The translations under genes and the position numbers were made by a program. A DNA stretch of 64,000 bases. Source: Eledone cirrhosa (taxonomy: Eukaryota). The stretch is taken from assembly GCA_964016885.1 (NCBI GenBank), contig OZ024740.1, positions 438,712,001 to 438,776,000 of the forward strand. Reading direction: 5' to 3'. Of this stretch, positions 31,031-47,300 are shown one piece after another. The notes below the pieces were generated by a model, which saw only the letters and a list, made by a program, of their open reading frames with translations, searched no databases and was not told the origin of the DNA. The number at the start of each line of letters is the position of its first letter. Within the stretch, counting starts at the first letter, position 1.

Positions 31031-34000
31031 GATATGTTAAATATGTTAGACATGTTAGATATGTTAGATATGTTAGATATGTTAGATATGTTAGATATGT
31101 TAGATATGTTAGACATGTTAGATATGTTAGATATGTTAGATATGTTAGATATGTTAGATATGTTAGATATGTTAGATATGTTATATATGTTAGATAAGTT
31201 AGATATGTTAGATATGTTAGACATGTTAGATATGTTAGATATGTTAGATATGTTAGATATGTTAGATATGTTAGATATGTTAGATATGTTAGATATGTTA
31301 GACATGTTAGATATGTTAGATATGTTAGACATGTTAGATATGTTAGATATGTTAGATATGTTAGATATGTTAGATATGTTATATATGTTAGATAAGTTAG
31401 ATATGTTAGATATGTTAGACATGTTAGATATGTTAGATATGTTAGATATGTTAGACATGTTAGATATGTTAGATATGTTAGATATGTTAGATATGTCAGA
31501 TATGTTAAATATGTTAGATATGTTAGATATGTTAGATATGTTAGACACGTTAGAGATGTTAGATATGTTAGACATGTTAGATATGTTAGATATGTTAGAT
31601 ATGTTAGATATGTTAGATATGTTAGATATGATAGATATGTTAGATTTGTTAGAGATGTTAGATATGTTAGATATGTTAGACATGTTAGACATATTAGATA
31701 TGTTAGATATGTTAGATATGTAAGATATGTTAAATATGTTAGACATGTTAGATATGTTAGATATGTTAGATATGTTAGATATTTTAGATATGTTAGATAT
31801 GTTAGACATGTTAGATATGTTAGATATGTTAGACATGTTAGATATGTTAGATATGTTAGATATGTTAGATATGTTATATATGTTAGATAAGTTAGATATG
31901 TTAGATATGTTAGACATGTTAGATATGTTAGATATGTTAGATATGTTAGATATGTTAGATATGTTAGACATGTTAGATATGTTAGATATGTTAGACATGT
32001 TAGCTACGTTAGATATGTTAGATATGTTAGACATGTTAGATATGTTAGATATGTTAGATATGTTAGATATGTTAGATATGTTAAATATGTTAGATATGTT
32101 AGATATGTTAGATATGTTAGACACGTTAGAGATGTTAGATATGTTAGACATGTTAGATATGTTAGATATGTTAGATATGTTAGATATGTTAGATATGTTA
32201 GATTTGTTAGAGATGTTAGATATGTTAGATATGTTAGACATGTTAGACATATTAGATATGTTAGATATGTTAGATATGTTAGATATGTTAAATATGTTAG
32301 ACATGTTAGATATGTTAGATATGTTAGATGTTAGATATGTTAGATATGTTAGATATGTTAGATATGTTAGATATGTTAGACATGTTAGATATGTTAGACA
32401 TGTTAGATATGTTAGATATGTTAGATATGTTAGATATGTTAGATATGTTATATATGTTAGATAAGTTAGATATGTTAGATATGTTAGACATGTTAGATAT
32501 GTTAGATATGTTAGATATGTTAGATATGTTAGATTTGTTAGAGATGTTAGATATGTTAGATATGTTAGACATGTTAGACATATTAGATATGTTAGATATG
32601 TTAGATATGTTAGATATGTTAAATATGTTAGACATGTTAGATATGTTAGATATGTTAGATGTTAGATATGTTAGATATGTTAGATATGTTAGATATGTTA
32701 GACATGTTAGATATGTTAGATATGTTAGACATGTTAGATATGTTAGATATGTTAAATATGTTAGACATGTTAGATATGTTAGATATGTTAGATGTTAGAT
32801 ATGTTAGATATGTTAGATATGTTAGATATGTTAGACATGTTAGATATGTTAGATATGTTAGACATGTTAGATATGTTAGATATGTTAGATATGTTAGATA
32901 TGTTAGATATGTTATATATGTTAGATAAGTTAGATATGTTAGATATGTTAGACATGTTAGATATGTTAGATATGTTAGATATGTTAGATATGTTAGATAT
33001 GTTAGATATGTTAGATATGTTAGATTTGTTAGAGATGTTAGATATGTTAGATATGTTAGACATGTTAGACATATTAGATATGTTAGATATGTTAGATATG
33101 TTAGATATGTTAAATATGTTAGATATGTTAGACATGTTAGATATGTTAGACATGTTAGATATGTTAGATATGTTAGATATGTTAGTTATGTTAGATATGT
33201 TAGATATGATAGATATGTTAGATTTGTTAGAGATGTTAGATATGTTAGATATGTTAGACATGTTAGACATATTAGATATGTTAGATATGTTAGATATGTA
33301 AGATATGTTAGATTTGTTAGAGATGTTAGATATGTTAGATATGTTAGACATGTTAGACATATTAGATATGTTAGATATGTTAGATATGTAAGATATGTTA
33401 GATATGTTAGACATGTTAGATATGTTAGATATGTTAGATATGTTAGATATGTTAGATATGTTAGACATGTTAGATATGTTAGATATGTTAGATATGTTAG
33501 ATATGTTAGATATGTTATATATGTTAGATAAGTTAGATATGTTAGATATGTTAGACATGTTAGATATGTTAGATATGTTAGATATGTTAGACATGTTAGA
33601 TATGTTAGATATGTTAGATATGTTAAATATGTTAGATATGTTAGATATGTTAGATATGTTAGACACGTTAGAGATGTTAGATATGTTAGACATGTTAGAT
33701 ATGTTAGATATGTTAGATATGTTAGATATGTTAGATATGTTAGATATGATAGATATGTTAGATATGTTAGACACGTTAGAGATGTTAGATATGTCAGACA
33801 TGTTAGATATGTTAGATATGTTAGATATGTTAGATATGTTAGATATGATAGATATGTTAGATTTGTTAGAGATGTTAGATATGTTAGACATGTTAGACAT
33901 ATTAGATATGTTAGATATGTTAGATATGTAAGATATGTTAAATATGTTAGACATGTTAGATATGTTAGATATGTTAGATATGTTAGATATGTTAGATATG

Positions 34001-35829
34001 TTAGATATGTTAGACATGTTAGATATGTTAGATATGTTAGATATGTTAGATATGTTAGATATGTTATATATGTTAGATAAGTTAGATATGTTAGATATGT
34101 TAGACATGTTAGATATGTTAGATATGTTAGATATGTTAGACATGTTAGATATGTTAGATATGTTAGATATGTTAGATATGTTAGATATGTTAAATATGTT
34201 AGATATGTTAGATATGTTAGATATGTTAGACACGTTAGAGATGTTAGATATGTTAGACATGTTAGATATGTTAGATATGTTAGATATGTTAGATATGTTA
34301 GATATGTTAGATATGATAGATATGTTAGATTTGTTAGAGATGTTAGATATGTTAGATATGTTAGACATGTTAGACATATTAGATATGTTAGATATGTTAG
34401 ATATGTAAGATATGTTAGATTTGTTAGAGATGTTAGATATGTTAGATATGTTAGACATGTTAGACATATTAGATATGTTAGATATGTTAGATATGTAAGA
34501 TATGTTAAATATGTTAGACATGTTAGATATGTTAGATATGTTAGATATGTTAGATATGTTAGATATGTTAGACATGTTAGATATGTTAGATATGTTAGAC
34601 ATGTTAGATATGTTAGATATGTTAGATATGTTAGATATGTTAGATATGTTATATATGTTAGATAAGTTAGATATGTTAGATATGTTAGACATGTTAGATA
34701 TGTTAGATATGTTAGATATGTTAGACATGTTAGATATGTTAGATATGTTAGATATGTTAGATATGTCAGATATGTTAAATATGTTAGATATGTTAGATAT
34801 GTTAGATATGTTAGACACGTTAGAGATGTTAGATATGTTAGACATGTTAGATATGTTAGATATGTTAGATATGTTAGATATGTTAGATATGTTAGATATG
34901 ATAGATATGTTAGATTTGTTAGAGATGTTAGATATGTTAGATATGTTAGACATGTTAGACATATTAGATATGTTAGATATGTTAGATATGTAAGATATGT
35001 TAAATATGTTAGATATTTTAGATATGTTAGATATGTTAGACATGTTAGATATGTTAGATATGTTAGACATGTTAGATATGTTAGATATGTTAGATATGTT
35101 AGATATGTTATATATGTTAGATAAGTTAGATATGTTAGATATGTTAGACATGTTAGATATGTTAGATATGTTAGATATGTTAGATATGTTAGATATGTTA
35201 GACATGTTAGATATGTTAGATATGTTAGACATGTTAGCTACGTTAGATATGTTAGATATGTTAGACATGTTAGATATGTTAGATATGTTAGATATGTTAG
35301 ATATGTTAGATATGTTAAATATGTTAGATATGTTAGATATGTTAGATATGTTAGACACGTTAGAGATGTTAGATATGTTAGACATGTTAGATATGTTAGA
35401 TATGTTAGATATGTTAGATATGTTAGATATGTTAGATATGTTAAATATGTTAGACATGTTAGATATGTTAGATATGTTAGATGTTAGATATGTTAGATAT
35501 GTTAGATATGTTAGACATGTTAGATATGTTAGATATGTTAGACATGTTAGATATGTTAGATATGTTAGATATGTTAGATATGTTAGATATGTTATATATG
35601 TTAGATAAGTTAGATATGTTAGATATGTTAGACATGTTAGATATGTTAGATATGTTAGATATGTTAGATATGTTAGATATGTTAGATATGTTAGATATGT
35701 TAGATTTGTTAGAGATGTTAGATATGTTAGATATGTTAGACATGTTAGACATATTAGATATGTTAGATATGTTAGATATGTTAGATATGTTAAATATGTT
35801 AGATATGTTAGACATGTTAGATATGTTAG

Positions 35830-38800
35830 ACATGTTAGATATGTTAGATATGTTAGATATGTTAGATATGTTAGATATGTTAGATATGATAGATATGTTA
35901 GATTTGTTAGAGATGTTAGATATGTTAGATATGTTAGACATGTTAGACATATTAGATATGTTAGATATGTTAGATATGTAAGATATGTTAGATTTGTTAG
36001 AGATGTTAGATATGTTAGATATGTTAGACATGTTAGACATATTAGATATGTTAGATATGTTAGATATGTAAGATATGTTAGATATGTTAGACATGTTAGA
36101 TATGTTAGATATGTTAGATATGTTAGATATGTTAGATATGTTAGACATGTTAGATATGTTAGATATGTTAGACATGTTAGATATGTTAGATATGTTAGAT
36201 ATGTTAGATATGTTAGATATGTTATATATGTTAGATAAGTTAGATATGTTAGATATGTTAAACATGTTAGATATGTTAGATATGTTAGATATGTTAGACA
36301 TGTTAGATATGTTAGATATGTTAGATATGTTAAATATGTTAGATATGTTAGATATGTTAGATATGTTAGACACGTTAGAGATGTTAGATATGTTAGACAT
36401 GTTAGATATGTTAGATATGTTAGATATGTTAGATATGTTAGATATGTTAGATATGATAGATATGTTAGATTTGTTAGAGATGTTAGATATGTTAGATATT
36501 TTAGACATGTTAGACATATTAGATATGTTAGATATGTTAGATATGTAAGATATGTTAAATATGTTAGACATGTTAGATATGTTAGATATGTTAGATATGT
36601 TAGATATGTTAGATATGTTAGATATGTTAGATATGTTAGATATGTTAGATATGTTAGATATGTTAGATATGTTAGACATGTTAGATATGTTAGATATGTT
36701 AGATATGTTAGATATGTTAGATATGTTAGATATGTTAGATATGTTAGATATGTTAGATATGTTAAATATGTTAGATATGTTAGATATGTTAGATATGTTA
36801 GATATGTTAGACACGTTAGAGATGTTAGATATGTTAGACATGTTAGATATGTTAGATATGTTAGATATGTTAGATATGTTAGATATGATAGATATGTTAG
36901 ATTTGTTAGAGATGTTAGATATGTTAGACATGTTAGACATATTAGATATGTTAGATATGTTAGATATGTAAGATATGTTAAATATGTTAGACATGTTAGA
37001 TATGTTAGATATGTTAGATATGTTAGATATGTTAGATATGTTAGATATGTTAGACATGTTAGATATGTTAGATATGTTAGACATGTTAGATATGTTAGAT
37101 ATGTTAGATATGTTAGATATGTTAGATATGTTATATATGTTAGATAAGTTAGATATGTTAGATATGTTAGACATGTTAGATATGTTAGATATGTTAGATA
37201 TGTTAGACATGTTAGATATGTTAGATATGTTAGATATGTTAGATATGTTAGATATGTTAAATATGTTAGATATGTTAGATATGTTAGATATGTTAGACAC
37301 GTTAGAGATGTTAGATATGTTAGACATGTTAGATATGTTAGATATGTTAGATATGTTAGATATGTTAGATATGTTAGATATGATAGATATGTTAGATTTG
37401 TTAGAGATGTTAGATATGTTAGATATGTTAGACATGTTAGACATATTAGATATGTTAGATATGTTAGATATGTAAGATATGTTAGATTTGTTAGAGATGT
37501 TAGATATGTTAGATATGTTAGACATGTTAGACATATTAGATATGTTAGATATGTTAGATATGTAAGATATGTTAAATATGTTAGACATGTTAGATATGTT
37601 AGATATGTTAGATATGTTAGATATGTTAGATATGTTAGACATGTTAGATATGTTAGATATGTTAGACATGTTAGATATGTTAGATATGTTAGATATGTTA
37701 GATATGTTAGATATGTTAGATATGATAGATATGTTAGATTTGTTAGAGATGTTAGATATGTTAGATATGTTAGACATGTTAGACATATTAGATATGTTAG
37801 ATATGTTAGATATGTAAGATATGTTAGATTTGTTAGAGATGTTAGATATGTTAGATATGTTAGACATGTTAGACATATTAGATATGTTAGATATGTTAGA
37901 TATGTAAGATATGTTAGATATGTTAGACATGTTAGATATGTTAGATATGTTAGATATGTTAGATATGTTAGATATGTTAGACATGTTAGATATGTTAGAT
38001 ATGTTAGACATGTTAGATATGTTAGATATGTTAGATATGTTAGATATGTTAGATATGTTATATATGTTAGATAAGTTAGATATGTTAGATATGTTAAACA
38101 TGTTAGATATGTTAGATATGTTAGATATGTTAGACATGTTAGATATGTTAGATATGTTAGATATGTTAAATATGTTAGATATGTTAGATATGTTAGATAT
38201 GTTAGACACGTTAGAGATGTTAGATATGTTAGACATGTTAGATATGTTAGATATGTTAGATATGTTAGATATGTTAGATATGTTAGATATGATAGATATG
38301 TTAGATTTGTTAGAGATGTTAGATATGTTAGATATTTTAGACATGTTAGACATATTAGATATGTTAGATATGTTAGATATGTAAGATATGTTAAATATGT
38401 TAGACATGTTAGATATGTTAGATATGTTAGATATGTTAGATATGTTAGATATGTTAGATATGTTAGATATGTTAGATATGTTAGATATGTTAGATATGTT
38501 AGATATGTTAGACATGTTAGATATGTTAGATATGTTAGATATGTTAGATATGTTAGATATGTTAGATATGTTAGATATGTTAGATATGTTAGATATGTTA
38601 AATATGTTAGATATGTTAGATATGTTAGATATGTTAGATATGTTAGACACGTTAGAGATGTTAGATATGTTAGACATGTTAGATATGTTAGATATGTTAG
38701 ATATGTTAGATATGTTAGATATGATAGATATGTTAGATTTGTTAGAGATGTTAGATATGTTAGACATGTTAGACATATTAGATATGTTAGATATGTTAGA

Positions 38801-39550
38801 TATGTAAGATATGTTAAATATGTTAGACATGTTAGATATGTTAGATATGTTAGATATGTTAGATATGTTAGATATGTTAGATATGTTAGACATGTTAGAT
38901 ATGTTAGATATGTTAGACATGTTAGATATGTTAGATATGTTAGATATGTTAGATATGTTAGATATGTTATATATGTTAGATAAGTTAGATATGTTAGATA
39001 TGTTAGACATGTTAGATATGTTAGATATGTTAGATATGTTAGACATGTTAGATATGTTAGATATGTTAGATATGTTAGATATGTTAGATATGTTAAATAT
39101 GTTAGATATGTTAGATATGTTAGATATGTTAGACACGTTAGAGATGTTAGATATGTTAGACATGTTAGATATGTTAGATATGTTAGATATGTTAGATATG
39201 TTAGATATGTTAGATATGATAGATATGTTAGATTTGTTAGAGATGTTAGATATGTTAGATATGTTAGACATGTTAGACATATTAGATATGTTAGATATGT
39301 TAGATATGTAAGATATGTTAGATTTGTTAGAGATGTTAGATATGTTAGATATGTTAGACATGTTAGACATATTAGATATGTTAGATATGTTAGATATGTA
39401 AGATATGTTAAATATGTTAGACATGTTAGATATGTTAGATATGTTAGATATGTTAGATATGTTAGATATGTTAGACATGTTAGATATGTTAGATATGTTA
39501 GACATGTTAGATATGTTAGATATGTTAGATATGTTAGATATGTTAGATAT
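35830..39550 (+). repeat. Tandem duplication with 1,836-bp (204-monomer) period
   Basis: ORFs 36075/37911, 36552/38388, 36975/38811 and 37569/39405 are all offset by +1836, and the first three pairs have identical translations. The AAC marker is at 36261/38097. Confidence 0.93.
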
Positions 39551-41337
39551 GTTATATATGTTAGATAAGTTAGATATGTTAGATATGTTAGACATGTTAG
39601 ATATGTTAGATATGTTAGATATGTTAGACATGTTAGATATGTTAGATATGTTAGATATGTTAGATATGTCAGATATGTTAAATATGTTAGATATGTTAGA
39701 TATGTTAGATATGTTAGACACGTTAGGGATGTTAGATATGTTAGACATGTTAGATATGTTAGATATGTTAGATATGTTAGATATGTTAGATATGTTAGCT
39801 ATGATAGATATGTTAGATTTGTTAGAGATGTTAGATATGTTAGATATGTTAGACATGTTAGATATATTAGATATGTTAGATATGTTAGATATGTAAGATA
39901 TGTTAAATATGTTAGACATGTTAGATATGTTAGATATGTTAGATATGTTAGATATTTTAGATATGTTAGATATGTTAGACATGTTAGATATGTTAGATAT
40001 GTTAGACATGTTAGATATGTTAGATATGTTAGATATGTTAGATATGTTATATATGTTAGATAAGTTAGATATGTTAGATATGTTAGACATGTTAGATATG
40101 TTAGATATGTTAGATATGTTAGATATGTTAGATATGTTAGACATGTTAGATATGTTAGATATGTTAGACATGTTAGCTACGTTAGATATGTTAGATATGT
40201 TAGATATGTTAGATATGTTAAATATGTTAGATATGTTAGATATGTTAGATATGTTAGACACGTTAGAGATGTTAGATATGTTAGACATGTTAGATATGTT
40301 AGATATGTTAGATATGTTAGATATGTTAGATATGTTAGATTTGTTAGAGATGTTAGATATGTTAGATATGTTAGACATGTTAGACATATTAGATATGTTA
40401 GATATGTTAGATATGTTAGATATGTTAAATATGTTAGACATGTTAGATATGTTAGATATGTTAGATGTTAGATATGTTAGATATGTTAGATATGTTAGAC
40501 ATGTTAGATATGTTAGATATGTTAGACATGTTAGATATGTTAGATATGTTAGATATGTTAGATATGTTAGATATGTTATATATGTTAGATAAGTTAGATA
40601 TGTTAGATATGTTAGACATGTTAGATATGTTAGATATGTTAGATATGTTAGATATGTTAGATATGTTAGATATGTTAGATATGTTAGATATGTTAGATTT
40701 GTTAGAGATGTTAGATATGTTAGATATGTTAGACATGTTAGACATATTAGATATGTTAGATATGTTAGATATGTTAGATATGTTAAATATGTTAGATATG
40801 TTAGACATGTTAGATATGTTAGATATGTTAGATATGTTAGATATGTTAGATATGTTATATATGTTAGATAAGTTAGATATGTTAGATATGTTAGACATGT
40901 TAGATATGTTAGATATGTTAGACATGTTAGATATGTTAGATATGTTAGATATGTTAGATATGTTAGATATGTTAGATATGTTAGATATGTTAGATATGTT
41001 AGACATGTTAGATATGTTAGATATGTTAGATATGTTAGATATGTTAGATATGTTATATATGTTAGATAAGTTAGATATGTTAGATATGTTAGACATGTTA
41101 GATATGTTAGATATGTTAGACATGTTAGATATGTTAGATATGTTAGATATGTTAGATATGTTAGATATGTTAGATATGTTAGATATGTTAGATATGTTAG
41201 ATATGTTAGATATGTTAGACATGTTAGATATGTTAGATATGTTAGACATGTTAGATATGTTAGACATGTTAGATATGTTAGATATGTTAGATATGTTAGA
41301 CATGTTAGATATGTTAGATATGTTAGATATGTTAGAT

Positions 41338-44300
41338 ATGTTATGTTAGATATGTTAGATATGTTAGATATGTTAAACATGTTAGATATGTTAGACATGT
41401 TAGATATGCTAGACATTTTAGAGATGTTAGATATGTTAGATATGTTAGACATTTTAGATATGTTAGATATGTTAGACATGTTAGATATGTTAGATATGTT
41501 AGATATGTTAGATATGTTACATATGTTAAATATGTTAGATATGTTAGATATGTTAGATATGTTAGACACGTTAGAGATGTTAGATATGTTAGACATGTTA
41601 GATATGTTAGATATGTTAGATATGTTAGATATGTTAGATATGTTAGATATGATAGATATGTTAGATTTGTTAGAGATGTTAGATATGTTAGATATGTTAG
41701 ACATGTTAGACATATTAGATATGTTAGATATGTTAGATATGTAAGATATGTTAAATATGTTAGACATGTTAGATATGTTAGATATGTTAGATATGTTAGA
41801 TATTTTAGATATGTTAGATATGTTAGACATGTTAGATATGTTAGATATGTTAGACATGTTAGATATGTAAGATATGTTAGATATGTTAGATATGTTAGAT
41901 ATGTTATATATGTTAGATAAGTTAGATATGTTAGATATGTTAGACATGTTAGATATGTTAGATATGTTAGATATGTTAGATATGTTACATATGTTAGATA
42001 TGTTAGATATGTTATATATGTTAGATAAGTTAGATATGTTAGATATGTTAGACATGTTAGATATGTTAGATATGTTAGATATGTTAGACATGTTAGATAT
42101 GTTAGATATGTTAGATATGTTAGATATGTTAGATATGTTAAATATGTTAGATATGTTAGATATGTTAGATATGTTAGACACGTTAGAGATGTTAGATATG
42201 TTAGACATGTTAGATATGTTAGATATGTTAGATATGTTAGATATGTTAGATATGTTAGATATGATAGATATGTTAGATTTGTTAGAGATGTTAGATATGT
42301 TAGATATGTTAGACATGTTAGACATATTAGATATGTTAGATATGTTAGATATGTAAGATATGTTAGATATGTAAGATATGTTAAATATGTTAGACATGTT
42401 AGATATGTTAGATATGTTAGATATGTTAGATATGTTAGACATGTTAGATATGTTAGATATGTTAGACATGTTAGATATGTTAGATATGTTAGATATGTTA
42501 GATATGTTATATATGTTAGATAAGTTAGATATGTTAGATATGTTAGACATGTTAGATATGGTAGATATGTTAGATACGTTAGACATGTTAGATATGTTAG
42601 ATATGTTAGATATGTTAGATATGTTAGATATGTTAAATATGTTAGATATGTTAGATATGTTAGATATGTTAGACACGTTAGAGATGTTAGATATGTTAGA
42701 CATGTTAGATATGTTAGATATGTTAGATATGTTAGATATGTTAGATATGTTAGATATGATAGATATGTTAGATTTGTTAGAGATGTTAGATATGTTAGAT
42801 ATGTTAGACATGTTAGACATATTAGATATGTTAGATATGTTAGATATGTAAGATATGTTAAATATGTTAGACATGTTAGATATGTTAGATATGTTAGATA
42901 TGTTAGATATTTTAGATATGTTAGATATGTTAGACATGTTAGATATGTTAGATATGTTAGACATGTTAGATATGTTAGATATGTTAGATATGTTAGATAT
43001 GTTAGATATGTTATATATGTTAGATAAGTTAGATATGTTAGATATGTTAGACATGTTAGATATGTTAGATATGTTAGATATGTTAGATATGTTAAATATG
43101 TTAGATATGTTAGATATGTTAGATATGTTAGACACGTTAGAGATGTTAGATATGTTAGACATGTTAGATATGTTAGATATGTTAGATATGTTAGATATGT
43201 TAGATATGTTAGATTTGTTAGAGATGTTAGATATGTTAGATATGTTAGACATGTTAGACATATTAGATATGTTAGATATGTTAGATATGTTAGATATGTT
43301 AAATATGTTAGACATGTTAGATATGTTAGATATGTTAGATGTTAGATATGTTAGATATGTTAGATATGTTAGACATGTTAGATATGTTAGATATGTTAGA
43401 CATGTTAGATATGTTAGATATGTTAGATATGTTAGATATGTTAGATATGTTAGATATGTTAGATATGTTAGATTTGTTAGAGATGTTAGATATGTTAGAT
43501 ATGTTAGACATGTTAGACATATTAGATATGTAGATATGTTAGATATGTTAGATATGTTAAATATGTTAGATATGTTAGACATGTTAGATATGTTAGATAT
43601 GTTAGATATGTTAGATATGTTAGATATGTTATATATGTTAGATAAGTTAGATATGTTAGATATGTTAGACATGTTAGATATGTTAGATATGTTAGATTTG
43701 TTAGAGATGTTAGATATGTTAGATATGTTAGACATGTTAGACATATTAGATATGTAGATATGTTAGATATGTTAGATATGTTAAATATGTTAGATATGTT
43801 AGACATGTTAGATATGTTAGATATGTTAGATATGTTAGATATGTTAGATATGTTAGATATGTTAGATAAGTTAGATATGTTAGATATGTTAGACATGTTA
43901 GATATGTTAGATATGTAAGATATGTTAGATATGTTAGATATGTTAGATATGTTAGATATGTTAGACACGTTAGAGATGTTAGATATGTTAGACATGTTAG
44001 ATATGTTAGATATGTTAGATATGTTAGATATGTTAGATATGTTAGATTTGTTAGAGATGTTAGATATGTTAGATATGTTAGACATGTTAGACATATTAGA
44101 TATGTTAGATATGTTAGATATGTTAGATATGTTAAATATGTTAGACATGTTAGATATGTTAGATATGTTAGATGTTAGATATGTTAGATATGTTAGATAT
44201 GTTAGATATGTTAGATATGTTAGACATGTTAGATATGTTAGATATGTTAGATATGTTAGATATGTTATATATGTTAGATAAGTTAGATATGTTAGATATG

Positions 44301-47300
44301 TTAGACATGTTAGATATGTTAGATATGTTAGATATGTTAGATATGTTAGATATGTTAGATATGTTAGATATGTTAGATATGTTAGATTTGTTAGAGATGT
44401 TAGATATGTTAGATATGTTAGACATGTTAGATATGTTAGATATGTTAGATTTGTTAGAGATGTTAGATATGTTAGATATGTTAGATATGTTAAATATGTT
44501 AGATATGTTAGACATGTTAGATATGTTAGATATGTTAGATATGTTAGATATGTTAGATATGTTATATATGTTAGATAAGTTAGATATGTTAGATATGTTA
44601 GACATGTTAGATATGTTAGATATGTAAGATATGTTAGATATGTTAGATATGTTAGATATGTTAGATATGTTAGATATGTTAGACATGTTAGATATGTTAG
44701 ATATGTTAGACATGTTAGATATGTTAGACATGTTAGATATGTTAGATATGTTAGATATGTTAGACATGTTAGATATGTTAGATATGTTAGATATGTTAGA
44801 TATGTTATGTTAGATATGTTAGATATGTTAGATATGTTAAACATGTTAGATATGTTAGACATGTTAGATATGCTAGACATGTTAGAGATGTTAGATATGT
44901 TAGATATGTTAGACATGTTAGACATGTTAGATATGTTAGATATGTTAGACATGTTAGATATGTTAGATATGTTAGAAATGTTAGACATGTTAGATATGTT
45001 AGATATGTTAGATATGTTAGATATGTTAGATATGTTAAATATGTTAGATATGTTAGATATGTTAGATATGTAAGACACGTTAGAGATGTTAGATATGTTA
45101 GACATGTTAGATATGTTAGATATGTTAGATATGTTAGATATGTTAGATATGTTAGATATGATAGATATGTTAGATTTGTTAGAGATGTTAGATATGTTAG
45201 ATATGTTAGACATGTTAGACATATTAGATATGTTAGATATGTTAGATATGTAAGATATGTTAAATATGTTAGACATGTTAGATATGTTAGATATGTTAGA
45301 CATGTTAGATATGTTAGATATGTTAGACATGTTAGATATGTTAGATATGTTAGATATGTTAGATATGTTAGATATGTTATATATGTTAGATAAGTTAGAT
45401 ATGTTAGATATGTTAGACATGTTAGATATGTTAGATATGTTAGATATGTTAGATATGTTACATATGTTAGATATGTTAGATATGTTAGATATGTTAGACA
45501 TGTTAGATATGTTAGATATGTTAGACATGTTAGATATGTTAGACATGTTAGATATGTTAGATATGTTAGATATGTTAGACATGTTAGATATGTTAGACAT
45601 GTTAGATATGTTAGACATTTTAGACATGTAAGATATGTTAGATATGTTAGACATGTTAGATATGTTAGATATGTTAGATATATTAGATATGTTAGACATG
45701 TTAGATATATTAGATATGTTAGATATGTTAGATATGTTAGATATGTTAGACATGTTAGATATGTTAGATATGCTAGACATGTTAGATATGTTAGATATGT
45801 TAGACAGGTTAGATATGTTAGACATGCTAGATATGTTAGACATGTTTGATATGTTAGACATGATATATATGTTAGATATGTTAGATATGTTATATATGTT
45901 AGATATGTTATATATGTTAGATATGTTAGACATGTTAGATATGTTAGATATGTTAGATATGTTGGATATGTTATGTTAGATATGTTAGATATGTTAGATA
46001 TGTTAAACAAGTTAGATATGTTAGACATGTTAGATATGCTAGACATGTTAGAGATGTTAGATATGTTAGATATGTTAGACATGTTAGACATGTTAGATAT
46101 GTTAGATATGTTAGACATATTAGATATGTTAGATATGTTAGATATGTTAGATATGTTATGTTAGATGTATTAGATATGTTAGATATGTTAGATATGTTAG
46201 ATATGTTAGATATGTTAGATATGTTAGACATGTTAGACATGTTAGATATGTTAGATATGTTAGATATGTTAGATATGTTAGATATGTTAGATATGTTAGA
46301 TACGTTAGATATATTAGATATGTTAGATATGTTAGATATGTTAGACATGTTAGATATGTTAGATATGTTAGACATGTTAGATATGTTAGACATGTTAGAT
46401 ATGTTAGACATGTTAGATATGTTAGACATGTTAGATATGTTAGATATGTTAGACAGGTTAGATATGTTAGACATGTTAGATATTTTAGATATGTTAGATA
46501 TGTTAGACATGTTAGATATGTTAGACATGCTAGACATGTTAGACATGTTAGACATGTTAGACATGTTAGATATGTTAGATATGTTAGACATGTTAGACAT
46601 GTTAGATATGTTAGATATGTTAGACATGTTAGATATGTTAGACATGTTAGACATGTTAGATATGTTAGATATGTTAGACATGTTAGATATGTTAGACATG
46701 TTAGATATGCTAGACATGTTAGATATGTTAGATATGTTAGACATGTTAGATATGTTAGACATGTTTGATATGTTAGACATGATAGATATGTTAGATATGT
46801 TAGATATTTTATATATGTTAGATATGTTATATATGTTATGTTAGATATGTTAGATATGTTAGATATGTTAGACATGTTAGATATGTTAGATATGTTAGAT
46901 ATGTTAGATATGTTATGTTAGATATGTTAGATATGTTAGATATGTTAAACATGTTAGATATGATAGACATGTTAGATATGCTAGACATTTTAGAGATGTT
47001 AGATATGTTAGATATGTTAGACATGTTAGACATGTTAGATATGTTAGATATGTTAGACATGTTAGATATGTTAGATATGTTAGATATGTTAGACATGTTA
47101 GATATGTTAGATATGTTAGATATGTTAGATATGTTAGATATGTTAAATATGTTAGATATGTTAGATATGTTAGATATGTTAGACACGTTAGAGATGTTAG
47201 ATATGTTAGACATGTTAGATATGTTAGATATGTTAGATATGTTAGATATGTTAGATATGATAGATATGTTAGATTTGTTAGAGATGTTAGACATATTAGA

